Assembly (NCBI RefSeq): GCF_006345805.1
Contig: NC_042998.1
Span: 81,964,001 to 82,028,000 of the forward strand
From: Octopus sinensis
Taxonomy: Eukaryota
Length of the DNA stretch: 64,000 bases
Reading direction: 5' to 3'
A model generated the notes under the pieces. That model did no database searches and had not been told where the DNA came from. It saw only the letters and a program-made list of their open reading frames with translations. Positions 26,057 to 38,799 of the stretch are shown piece after piece (positions within the stretch are counted from its first letter, which is position 1; each line of letters opens with the position of its first letter). The position numbers and the translations under genes are program-made.

Positions 26057-27772
26057 TATCATTATCATCATCATCATCATCATCATCATCATTATATTTG
26101 GAAGATCATGCATAAACACGTCAAGAAAGGGAAATTACACCTGCTGCTATTCATAAAATGTTCATCATGGTAAACGTATCAAGTGATTTCAGAATATAAA
26201 TTTATGAATCTATATAGACAACCTGAAGGGTTGTAACATTGTATTAGCTTTCACAGAGATACTGGAATATCATCATGCTATAAGTTACAATGACATATCA
26301 TATAACTTCAAAATCGAAGCATTCCTTCTCAGCATATTAATAACGATGTTTTTAATATACAAAATATGGTTTCAGAGCAACAAAACGGTAATATATTATT
26401 ACACTCCATCGACATTTCGTCAACATACATTTACTAAATGCGCATATCGTGATACAATAAAGTATTGTTGAAGGTGAAGTAAATTTTTATAAAAGCTATT
26501 ATACTCGTCCTGTTTTATGAGAACTATATATGAATTATTTAGATATATTTTTAGCTTTCCTCCTTCATTTTTTCATATTGTTCCAAAATTAGAAATTTCT
26601 CGCTCACCGTACACTTTAAGTTCTTTGTTACGATTATCTCTACATATATTCCATAAAAATTATAGCCAGCACTGATTTTTGATACTGTGTTTCGTATACG
26701 AGACGTCAGATGCAAACCAACAATGAGATCGAAGACTTAAAATGGACATTGTCTTATGAAAACGTTTAATGTACTTTATAATTTATTATGATTGCATAAC
26801 GAAATATCACGTACCTACAAATTATTAGTACTTTAAATTCCTTTTAAATCCTATTGGCTTTAGGCGAGATATTAAATTACTTTTATCATGCATTTATGTT
26901 TTATATAGAACATTCACAAGTCGAATATATTACATAAAAACATTTGGACAGCTTTTAGGGAAAACAAAGCAATAAACAACTGGAATTGTAACTAGTCACG
27001 TAGAACAAGGTGTGTGAACCTGGAAACCTGAACGCACGGATAGGTTGAAATCATGATATATAGCTTAATATGAAGTTGTTAGCAGTAATATATGTAGATA
27101 ACTCGTGGATAAAAAGTGGATAAGTTTTAGATAACTTGTAGGTAACGACTACATTTGATTTTGTCTTTGTCCTCGTTTCTTGTATACTTTATATTTTAAG
27201 AACTATTTTGTCACTATATTAAATTTCGTAATCCTCATATACCTATTTAAAAAAAAAAAACGCCAACTATAATCAAGGATGACTAAGTCCTTTGGTTTTT
27301 AGCATAGAGACGAGAAAACGTAATGAGGTTTGGTTACAAACAAGCATTGATGCAGAATTTATACCAACAGTTCTAATTGCATCTATTCACAGTTTCACAA
27401 TACCCTTTTCTTTGAATAAGTAGTAATATATATATTTCAGATGAAAATATTAGTATATTCAAATGAATCAGTTCTGGTAGCTGAGTAGCCTTTCATTTAT
27501 CAATTTCAAAAGATTAAAAGACTAGAATAAATTTGAACTCAGAGACATAATGAAAAGAACTGTGTATAGTAATAGACTGGGTCATTAATGAATGTTTTAT
27601 TGCCAAAGAATTTTTTTCTGGGCTGTTACTTTTAATTGTGTGTGATGTGGTAGGAGAAAAATTTCGTAATTTTTCAATCATTTGTTTTTCATCTATCTCT
27701 CTTCCTCTCTCCACACCCCCACACGTACATACACACATACTCGTACACATGCAAACACACATATACTCACAC

Positions 27773-27858
<86 letters not shown>

Positions 27859-27929
27859 ATATATATCTTTATATCTATACATAGTTATACATGTATGTAT
27901 GTGTATGCATGTGTGTATGTGTGTCTCGG

Positions 27930-29660
27930 TGTGTGGTGAGGAAGCTTCAACGATGTTTTTCCTCTTTCATGAGATTGCAAGCCAAAGGCACCGAGACAGC
28001 CCTGATTATAGCTATTGCACAATATGTTTAGTAATCCTGGTGTAGTGGATCTACTTTTAGCTTTTCTTTCTATTCCTCTTGTTTTATACACATTGAATCT
28101 ACAACAATTTTCACCTTCCTTTTCCCTCCGCCATTCTTTGTCACCATATTCCAGCTCACTGTAAAGCACAGCCTTAAAGATTCTAGTGTCTTGCATACTG
28201 ATCAACTCTTCCATCTAGCGTATATTGAACACGATCAAGATAGGCTCAACATCATTACATTTGCGTATTGCAGGACCTCCTGGTACGAGCTATGACCTCC
28301 CATCTGACAGGTCATCAGTTTCATAAATGCCGACGATACCGTAGATAAATCTCAGCGGAATACAACATAGGTTTTAGTGTTATTGATCGGTAGAAGTTGC
28401 ATCTTGTTAGTTTATTGTTATGTGTTTTGCACACAATCGATCATTGAGCTTCTAGAAATCGACCACTGCCTTTGTAGGAGGCTTTTGTCAGATATTGTGT
28501 TGCTGAAATCTATAAACTTCTACTAAATTTAGAAGGAAATTTCACATTCGTCTATTCTTATCATGATGATCAGAGGCCTGTGAATCCACTACTGTCTTTT
28601 CAAGTTCAGGACGCAGAAATAGAGGTAATAGCACTGGAGCAAGTACACAGCTATTATTTATTCCATGTTTAACTGGAAAGGTACCGAGCCACCGCTTAGG
28701 AGGTAGATACTGTCAGATAGACAGTTGCCTGACAATCTCCACAAACTTGTCTGGCCACTACGTCTGTTGAGCAGGATCCATAAGCTCTCTATTCCAACGC
28801 AGTAGAAAATTTAGAGAAGTTGACAAAAAGTGAAACTCTGTTTTATAACATTCGAATTTACAGGTTGGTAAACATCATATTGTTGGTCAATTAGAGCTAC
28901 AAATCTCACGCAGAGAGTATTCACTTGAATAGTCTTGGCAGTCTCAATACAATATTTTGCCTTACTTTTCCCATCGATTCTGCCTTTCTACAGATCACCT
29001 TTCTACTTGTAAATGGTAACTATCTATGGATCTTGAAATGTTAGAGGCAGTTCGTGAATTGTCTGTGTTTTCTCAAGAGTTAAAGTTTAAAGTGTAATAG
29101 ATTTCAATGGAAATACTCTCCTTGGCGGCAGTTAATAGCTCCTCTTATTTCGTAGTAGATCCAATCTATTATCTATCGGAATTTGTGGTATAGTCTAGAA
29201 CCTGAGAAGACATTGTTGAGGATTGATTAAATAGCTCAATAAATGTTCCCTTCTTATGTCTCATGATGTACCTATGCTCAGTGAAATTGTGTGAACCAAC
29301 TTTACTCTTCGCAGATGCGTTTTTATGCTTTCCGGGCGGGGAAATTCGTTTATTTTTCACTCATCGTTGCAATGAAAGGATTAGTATTATGACTGCCAAC
29401 AATGACCTGAATTTCCACTGACATTTTGTCCCACCGCTGCTCTTTCTGATGCCGCAGTTTCATCTTTAAAATGCATTACTTATTCAGATTGATTTCTCTA
29501 GATAGCTGTGTATATATTTTTGAATGACTCGACTCATTTCAAATAATTTTCTAAGCACTGCGAGAATCATCATTCATCATTTAGAGTAACATGTGTCTCT
29601 GCATAATTGACGAATGTTACGATGGCTCGCTTAATTGCATTCACTCATGGCAGGAGCTTT
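27930..29660 (-). mobile_element. Highly degenerate RTE-clade LINE (RT and C-terminus)
   Basis: ORF 27885-28214: QDTRIFKAVLYSEL..GLQSHER. Upstream fragments IVTIYK*KGD and PFPVKHG..CVLAP, with many stops and frameshifts. Confidence 0.7.
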
Positions 29661-29697
29661 CATTAAAGAGATCTCTTCCCATGTGTTTTTTTATGAA

Positions 29698-29756
<59 letters not shown>

Positions 29757-30160
29757 CTCACTGCCAATAGTATCCACAGTATTTAAAAACACTCATTAAT
29801 TCTATTCAATAATGGAGCCTCTACGCAATCATTAAATTTGCTAGAAATAGTAAGCACAGCTCCCTTAAGTAACACCTTAGTAGTTTAAAAGATGAAAATG
29901 CAATTTCGATAATAGAGTTCGATACAAAGGGTCCAAATTAAATGAGAAATGGTAAGGATGGAATATGTCGCTTATCATAGATCACTTTTGTCATGTTTTA
30001 TCTGCAGCTTCAATACAGGATAGAGTAATTAATCCAAATTAGGATCTCATGTCGAAAATAATACATGCATAAATAATATTTCCATACACACACGTACACA
30101 CATATCTGACGGCTACGGAGAAGCATATATGTGTGTGTGTGAATGTATATCCATATATGC

Positions 30161-30233
<73 letters not shown>

Positions 30234-30258
30234 TATATACAGAGAGAGAGAGAGAGAG

Positions 30259-30300
<42 letters not shown>

Positions 30301-30402
30301 GTATTGGCTTAGTATTGAGATACTTTGCCTTCATCAGTGGAAATATATCAAAATTAGTACGTAATTATAAATATATATATACATATATATATATACACAC
30401 AC

Positions 30403-30460
<58 letters not shown>

Positions 30461-30508
30461 ACATACGAATACTTACATATACGCACGTATACGTACATAC
30501 ATACATAC

Positions 30509-30544
<36 letters not shown>

Positions 30545-30874
30545 GCTCGTATATACCAGCGAAATCTATTTGTACGCGCGACACGATGTGCTATTTGGTC
30601 AAAAATATCACCGCAGTGAATATGATGACACGGAGTGGATATATATTTATATATAAAGAATATAAGACCATTATTTAAAACAATGATCGTATCAAGAGAT
30701 CACCATGAAACAACCGTATAGATAATAATCACAATAGATGTATAATCTTATAAATATAATTATAATTAAGGTTACTGGAGAGGTACCGCCATGGTAGATA
30801 CAGCAGTCTAAACTGACTATGTTATTCCCATGCTGCCATTTGTTTATATAATGGTCTTATACACACGCACACGC

Positions 30875-30920
<46 letters not shown>

Positions 30921-30926
30921 AGACAG

Positions 30927-30957
<31 letters not shown>

Positions 30958-31004
30958 AACACATATATATATAAATATATATACATATACATATATATTA
31001 TATA

Positions 31005-31999
31005 TTGGGCTGGCAACTAAGTGCCCACCGTTTTTTGAAATTTAATAAAAAATAACAACTACTTAATCAACTCTTGTTGTTTACAACTTCTTCCCAACGT
31101 TCAACAAGATATTCAATACCTCGTTGTTAGAAATCACTCGATTTCGACTCGAAAAATTGATCCAACCAATCTCTCAATTCTGCATCAGTATTGAACAAAA
31201 TATCGCGCATAGCATTTGAAATAGATCGAAAGAGGCAATTCGTAATGTATAATCACTTCCTATTCCCACCATACGAACAACATCGTTTTACGCAGATGAA
31301 GATCTTGTTTTACGTGCGGTGTCGCTTGTTTACTGGGGCTAAGCCATTCCTTACGCTGCTTTATAGCGATGTACATGCACCATTTTTCGTCTCCAGTAAC
31401 GATTCGGTAAGGAAATCGTCGCTTGTTTCCATGAGTTGAACGGTGACGAGCAAGCAAACCAACGGACATTGTGGCTCGTTGATTTTTGTTGTTGTCACTT
31501 AAAGCATGCGGAGCCCATGCTCCATACTTCTGAACCTTTTCCATCGAGTGAAGATGCTTCTCTATAGCAGTGTAGGAACATTCCATTTTCTCTACCAGTT
31601 CCCTTATCGTTTGACGAGAAATTTCGTGCAAAAGTTGATTTAATCGCTCTTCATCGAACTCAACTGGACGGCCAGAATGAGGTGCGTCTTTGAGGGTAAA
31701 TTTCCATTTTTGAATTTGGCATACAAATCACGAGCGTGTCTTTCAGCTATAGTATAGATTTCCATACACAACAGAAATGTTGCGAGCAGCTTTTGCGGCC
31801 TTAGAACCTTGAATAAAAGCAAAAAGGTGTCGAAAATGCTCGTTTTTCTTAAGTGTTCATTAAATTTTGATGATTTGAAAATAAACAAAAATTCACTAAA
31901 ATTATCTAGAAAAAAACAAACAAACAAAATAAATACCAAAATTTAAAAACGCAATAAATTCCGAAATTTAAAAAACCGGTGGGAACCTAGTTGCCAACG

Positions 32000-32002
<3 letters not shown>
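31005..32002 (-). mobile_element. Mariner transposon, internally deleted
   Basis: TIRs ttgggctggcaactaagtgcccacc / ggtgggaacctagttgccaacgcaa with TA flanks. Transposase motifs WAPHAL, IVTGDEKW, KTMLFVWW, RGIEYLVERWEEV. Confidence 0.92.
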
Positions 32003-32048
<46 letters not shown>

Positions 32049-32131
32049 GGTCCCGGGTTGATTCGGGTTTAACCACAGTAAATAAGGTACTCAATACATA
32101 GCAGAGTAAAATTAATTTATTATATAGAAGG

Positions 32132-32182
32132 AGCTTCTACAGGACTAGAACTGTTTCATTCAAGAGAAATCTTCAGGAAGCT
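32132..32182 (-). ncRNA. Type I hammerhead ribozyme motif
   Basis: Reverse strand: agcuuc CUGAAGA uuuc-ucuu-gaau GAAA cag-uucuaguc-cug UA gaagcu. Confidence 0.8.
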
Positions 32183-33148
32183 AGTTAACAAGAATGTATT
32201 GGCATTTATACATTTAGGCAGGTTTAAAGGGGTGGTGGTGGTGGACTTTTTGGGGGTAGGCATAGCGCAAAATATCATACTTGGGGGAGTGGTCAAGGAG
32301 TCAGTGGTAAATTAGATAAAGAATAAATAAAAAAATAAAAAAATATATATAAAAAAGAATAGAGTTTTACGTAAATAAGGAGATTCTCACTTATACCTAT
32401 ACACATATGTATACATATATACACACACATACATACATATATACAAACACACATACATACACACCCACATATACATATATATACACATACACATACATAT
32501 ACATATCTACACATACACACATATATATATATATATATATACATACACTCCCTCATATGCATACACGTATACACACATGTATATATACACACACGACCAC
32601 ACATACACATACACGCATACAACACACATCTCCACATACACACATGCACACACAGACACTAGTCCCTATATACACATATATACACATACACACATATATA
32701 TATACATTACATATACATACATATATATATATATTTATATATATACATATGTGTACCATACATACCTACACATACACAGATATATATACATACAAATACA
32801 GACCCATTCCCTAATTTTAATTTTTATTATCTTCATTTATTACTTTGTTATCTGACCGCTGGTCCCAAGCATCTAGGCTATGACAGCAAGTCCATTTATC
32901 TGTCTACTTGAAAACAAGCACTCATTCACGCACGCAGACTCATTAGCACGTACACTCACTCTTCGTACACTCATACACATACACGCACGCACGCGTTATA
33001 TTCATACATACATACATCTACATACATTCACGTATATACACATACGTACGCGTACCTACTGATTCATGTCTACACTCTTAGAAGGCTAGTCTATACATAT
33101 ACACCAATAAATATATATACACACACATACATATGCACCTACATACAA

Positions 33149-33189
<41 letters not shown>

Positions 33190-33800
33190 CATATACACAT
33201 ATATATATACATATATATACATACACATATATATATACACATATACATATATACACACATACACATACATACATATACACACATACACATACATACATAT
33301 ACATACATACATAGATCCATACATCCATACATACATACATTTATACACATACACACACCCATATATATATATACATACACATACATACATATACATACAT
33401 ACATATACAAATATACGCACACACATACATACATACACATATACACATACACGCACATACACATGTACATGCGTACCCATACACACACACACACACGCGC
33501 ATCCATATATACACATAAGTACACACATGCGTAAAAGTATACATATATCTATGCTTACATATACACACACACACACGCGCCTCCTTATATTCATACTTAC
33601 ATGCATACTCAAAAAATAAGTAAATAATAAGATATATATACGCGCAGTTATTCATACATGCATACTCAAAAAATAAATAATAAATAGTAAGTATATGTAC
33701 GTGCAGTTACCCATTATATAGACGGATACATACATATAAACTTACACACACATATATTATATATATATATATATATATACATATATACATATATATATAC

Positions 33801-33844
<44 letters not shown>

Positions 33845-34044
33845 ACATACACATATATATATATACATACTTACACATATGTACATATACATACACACAT
33901 AGATAACTCTACGTACCTACATATACATAAACACACGAGCGTACACGTATATGTACATATACACATACACATACACACACATACATATACACACACACAT
34001 ACATACACACATATATACACACACACATACATATATATATATAC

Positions 34045-34085
<41 letters not shown>

Positions 34086-34275
34086 CACACACATATACAT
34101 GTGTGCAAACATACATACATACTCATACACGCACACACACTTACATATACATATATATACACCACTTACACACATGTATACATACATATATACATACATA
34201 CATACATATATGCATATATACACATATTCACACATACACATATATACATATATACACATACATATACATTTACAC

Positions 34276-34309
<34 letters not shown>

Positions 34310-34729
34310 ATAATATATACACACACATACATATACACACACATATATACATATACAAACACATATATACCCACACGTACACATATACACATATATACAT
34401 ATATACATACATATACACACATACACACACATATATATACATACATACACATACACATACATATACATATATATACACACATATACACATGCACATACTT
34501 ATATCTCTACATACCCGCATATACATATATATATATATATATACACACACACATACATATACCTATATACATGTATACATACATACACATATATATACAC
34601 ATCTACAATTTGTATCTACACTCACATACATGCACATACACATAACTCTACATACCTACATATACATCGACATACTCGCGTACACTCATATATATACATA
34701 TATACATATACACACACACATACATATAC

Positions 34730-34760
<31 letters not shown>

Positions 34761-35234
34761 AATATATATATACATAAATACACATATACACACGCATACA
34801 TATATATATATATATATATACACACGCACACACATACACATACACATATATATATATATATATATACACACACATACATACATGTACATATATATATATA
34901 TATATACACATACACATACATATATATACACACATACATATATCAACAATTGAGGGTAAAGTTAATTAGTTATTAATCAATCTCACCAAGTATTCAGTAT
35001 GTAAAAGGACCATTATTTTTTTTGAGTAAACAATGTCTGAGAGAAAATATTTTCTAAGTAGTGGAAGAGGCTAAAAAACTTTTTTGGCTGCTATTTCTAG
35101 AAAGTTCAGTATGTGGCAAAGTAATTTACATATACAAGCGTGCACATACAATATGTGAAAGGTCTTAGGAGAAAAGGTAATTGGGGGTGCTAGGGGAACG
35201 GTGGTATTGGGGGGGGGTTGTGGGTGGGGTGTCA

Positions 35235-36040
35235 TCAATCTGGTTGCCGGGTAGGTCTATAGTTCTTGTAGTTTGCATACTTCTTATGCATGCAATTTGG
35301 GGAGTGTTCTGAGATTTTGTTAAGGAGAGGGCCTTTGGCGACCAAGATCTCTAGGCTCTCCGAAATGCAGAGGTCACAGCAGGTATGGCCTCCTGTGTAC
35401 GAACGCGCCTTCTGTAGTAGTTTCCACTTGGTCTTGAAGGGGATGGAGTTCCTTTTAAGGTACCAGATGTGGGCGGCGAGGGTAGTTTGGTTGGATTTAT
35501 CCTGTCGCCGGAACGAGTGTGTGTGTGCGTACCAACGGGTCTTAAAGCTGTTTGACGTCATTCCGATGTAGGATTTTCTTTTATCGTCAGGGCCTGATCT
35601 TACCTCGCATGTATATACTAGGTCCCTCTGTAGGCAGTTGTTGTTGAGGGGGCAGGTGGTTTTATCAGGGCAGTTGAAATTGCTATCGGACGTTGGATGG
35701 GCCTCGGAAAAAGTAGATATGTTAAGTTTTTTCACATTGTTGTTGGCTAGGTTCCTGGCTAGATTGGGCGTGGTAGAGTAGGAGAGTCTAATAGTGTTCT
35801 TATTTAGGATAGTGTAGTACTTATGTTGGGTGGGGAAGTGTTTCTGTAGGAGAGTGAAGAAGATTTTAGCTACAGGTGTAGCGAGCTCACGGTTGAAGGG
35901 GGGTTGTACCAGCTAATGTGTCTTCGTCTATTTTTCGTGGGTTGGCGTGGGGCTATACTAATATAGGTAATCTTATCTTTAAAGCCACTGCGGGCCAGGG
36001 CCTCGTTGTAATAGGGGGCTGCGGCCTTAAAGATATCTTC
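35235..36040 (-). pseudogene. PLE RT C-terminus + GIY-YIG endonuclease (one frameshift near 35900)
   Basis: NRRRHISWYNPP..KHFP..NKNTIRLSYS, then CPLNNNC..LVYTCEV..SYIGMT..FKTRWYAH..TLAAHIW..CDLCISE..LLN. Confidence 0.88.
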
Positions 36041-36337
36041 CGTGTGTGTGTGTGTATGGGTACGCATGTATATGTGTATGTGCGTGTATGTGTATATGTG
36101 TATGTATGTATGTGTGTGCGTATATTTGTATATGTATGTATGTATATGTATGTATGTGTATGTATATATATATATGGGTGTGTGTATGTGTATAAATGTA
36201 TGTATGTATGGATGTATGGTTCTATGTATGTATGTATATGTATGTATGTGTATGTGTGTATATATGTATATGTGTATATATATATATGTGTATGTATATA
36301 TATGTATATATATATATGTATAGTATGTATAATATAT

Positions 36338-36390
<53 letters not shown>

Positions 36391-36792
36391 TTGTATGTAG
36401 GTGCATATGTATGTGTGTGTATATATATTTATTGGTGTATATGTATAGACTAGCCTTCTAAGAGTGTAGACATGAATCTGTAGGTACGCGTACGTATGTG
36501 TATATACGTGAATGTATGTAGATGTATGTATGTATGAATATAACGCGTGCGTGCGTGTATGTGTATGAGTGTACGAATGAGTGAGTGTACGTTCTAATGA
36601 GTGTGCGTGCGTGAATGAGTGCTTGTTTTCAAGTAGACAGATAAATGGACTTGCTGTCATAGCCTAGATGCTTGGGACCAGCGGTCAAAGATAACAAAAG
36701 TAATAAATGAAGATAATAAAATTAAAATTAGGGAATGGGTCTGTATTTGTATGTATATATATGTGTGTATGTGTAGGTATGTATAGGTACAC

Positions 36793-36846
<54 letters not shown>

Positions 36847-37331
36847 ATGTATGTGTATGTATATATATGTGTGTATGTGTATATATGTGTATATAGGGAC
36901 TAGTGTGCTGTGTGTGCATGTGTGTATGTGGAGATGTGTGTGTATGCGTGTATGTGTATGTGTGTGTATGTATATATATTTTTCTGTGTGTATATGTATG
37001 TTTGGTCGTGTGTGTATATATACATGTGTATACGTGTATGCATGTGAGTGAGTGTATGTATATATATATATATGTGTGTGTATGTGTGTGTATATATGTA
37101 TACATATGTGTATAGGTATAAGTGAGAATCTCCTTATTTACGTAAAACTCTATTCTTTTTTATATATATTTTTTTATTTTTTTATTTATTCTTTTATCTA
37201 ATTTACCACTGACTCCTTGACCACTCCCCCAAGTATGATATTTTGCGCTATGCCTACCCCCAAAAAGTCCACCACCACCACCCCTTTAAACCTGCCTAAA
37301 TGTATAAATGCCAATACAATTCTTGTTAACT

Positions 37332-37382
37332 AGCTTCCTGAAGATTTCTCTTGAATGAAACAGTTCTAGTCCTGTAGAAGCT
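37332..37382 (+). ncRNA. Type I hammerhead ribozyme motif (identical to 32132-32182)
   Basis: Stem I 37332-37337/37377-37382, core 37338-37344, GAAA 37357-37360, predicted GUA cleavage after 37376. Confidence 0.8.
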
Positions 37383-37435
37383 CCTTCTATATAATATATA
37401 TATATATACATATATATGTATATATATATATATTA

Positions 37436-37475
<40 letters not shown>

Positions 37476-38099
37476 TTGTAATTATATACTAATTTTGGTA
37501 TAGAGATGATGTCCAATTTTGTAATTAATAAAAAAGTATTTATTTATCTCTATTGTTTTTATTTTCTTTAAAAAAATATATAAACTCCGGTTTATCCAAT
37601 TACCTTATAGTTGAATATTAAATGTAATATTCAATACTTCTTGTAATAGGTAATAAACCAATATATTCATTGGATTCACTAAAATTAACTAGAAAAAAGA
37701 AAACAAAATAGATTTCAAAATTTAGTAACGCAATAAATTACAAAATTTGTTTTTAATGAGGTTTTTAACCCCATCTATAAATGGGAAGATATAAATATTA
37801 TAAAATTCAATGCAACGAAATGTCATGTTTTTCATCTGCGCATTGTACAGATTATTTGATACTATAAAACACAAATATCGAAAGGCCAAATAAGATACAG
37901 GACTTATGATTAATCATAGCAAATGAGTGATCGGACCCATTTCGGACTTCATCTCTAACCTCCATCATGGAATGGAACCTGAGAATCATAACATGAGGAT
38001 CAGAAGTTATACTGAATCTAAAGGAAAGCTTAGTTTTGAGTAGACTAGTCTTCTGCTCACAGCCTTGGTCTGCAAACACACTCGGTAGCATAGGAGAAA

Positions 38100-38214
38100 A
38101 TGAAAGGTTTCATAACACGTTCACAAGTAAAATAATTTCGGCTAAAAGACTTAATTACTAGGAAAGTCTCAAATATCTACGTCTCATATCCTTTGAATGA
38201 TGTTATGAGAGAGA

Positions 38215-38263
<49 letters not shown>

Positions 38264-38500
38264 CGAGAGAGAGACATGGCGTTATTAATGTACTGAAGAT
38301 CCTTGAGGTCATGCTCCAAACGTCGATATTAATGAAAACTTTAAGACTGGCTGATACTGCCAGACCTCACATATACCACCTTCGAAATCATGAGAACGAC
38401 ACTAAACTACAACTGTCTGATATTTCGAGGCTCTCAAGTATTCAACTGTCTGCCTAAGGAAGAAGATACATATAAGGGATTTCTATTAAAACATTCAAGA
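38100..38500 (+). mobile_element. Degenerate 3' fragment of the CR1-group LINE, interrupted by (GA)n
   Basis: Resembles LxYWERLKxL..RERYxII..KIL and ..FRGSQVFNCLPK. Confidence 0.55.
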
Positions 38501-38799
38501 TATCATTAGTGGAAATTGTAACCAAAATACGGGAAGAGCCAATTACACAGGGAGATCAGTAAATTCCATCCGTAAAAATTAAGGCAAAGTTTAAAATATA
38601 GTAATGTAGATAACGAAGAAAGGGAAGACAAACATAAGGTAGTGCTCCAGTATAGCCGCTGTTTATTGACTGAAACAACACAAGCCACAAAACGAACATA
38701 TACATACATGAACCATTTCCCAATTAACGTGAGGTCTTTTTAATTTTCTCTCACAAGCCCGCTTTCAACCACGTGTATATTTTAGTTGGAGTTTTTGGT

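Larger units (their letters stand above)
32046..37396 (-). mobile_element. Penelope-like element 2 (possibly Naiad-type), 5'-truncated, with an inverted copy of its 3' region at the 5' end
   Basis: Coding region 35235-36040 (minus). Inverted repeat 32118-33497 / 36041-37396. Hammerhead motif in both arms. Confidence 0.88.

Noticed and set aside
35235-35735. Possible selenocysteine (in-frame TGA) usage, reported for some Naiad PLEs
   Set aside because: The endonuclease ORF is open with ordinary Cys codons and no in-frame TGA.
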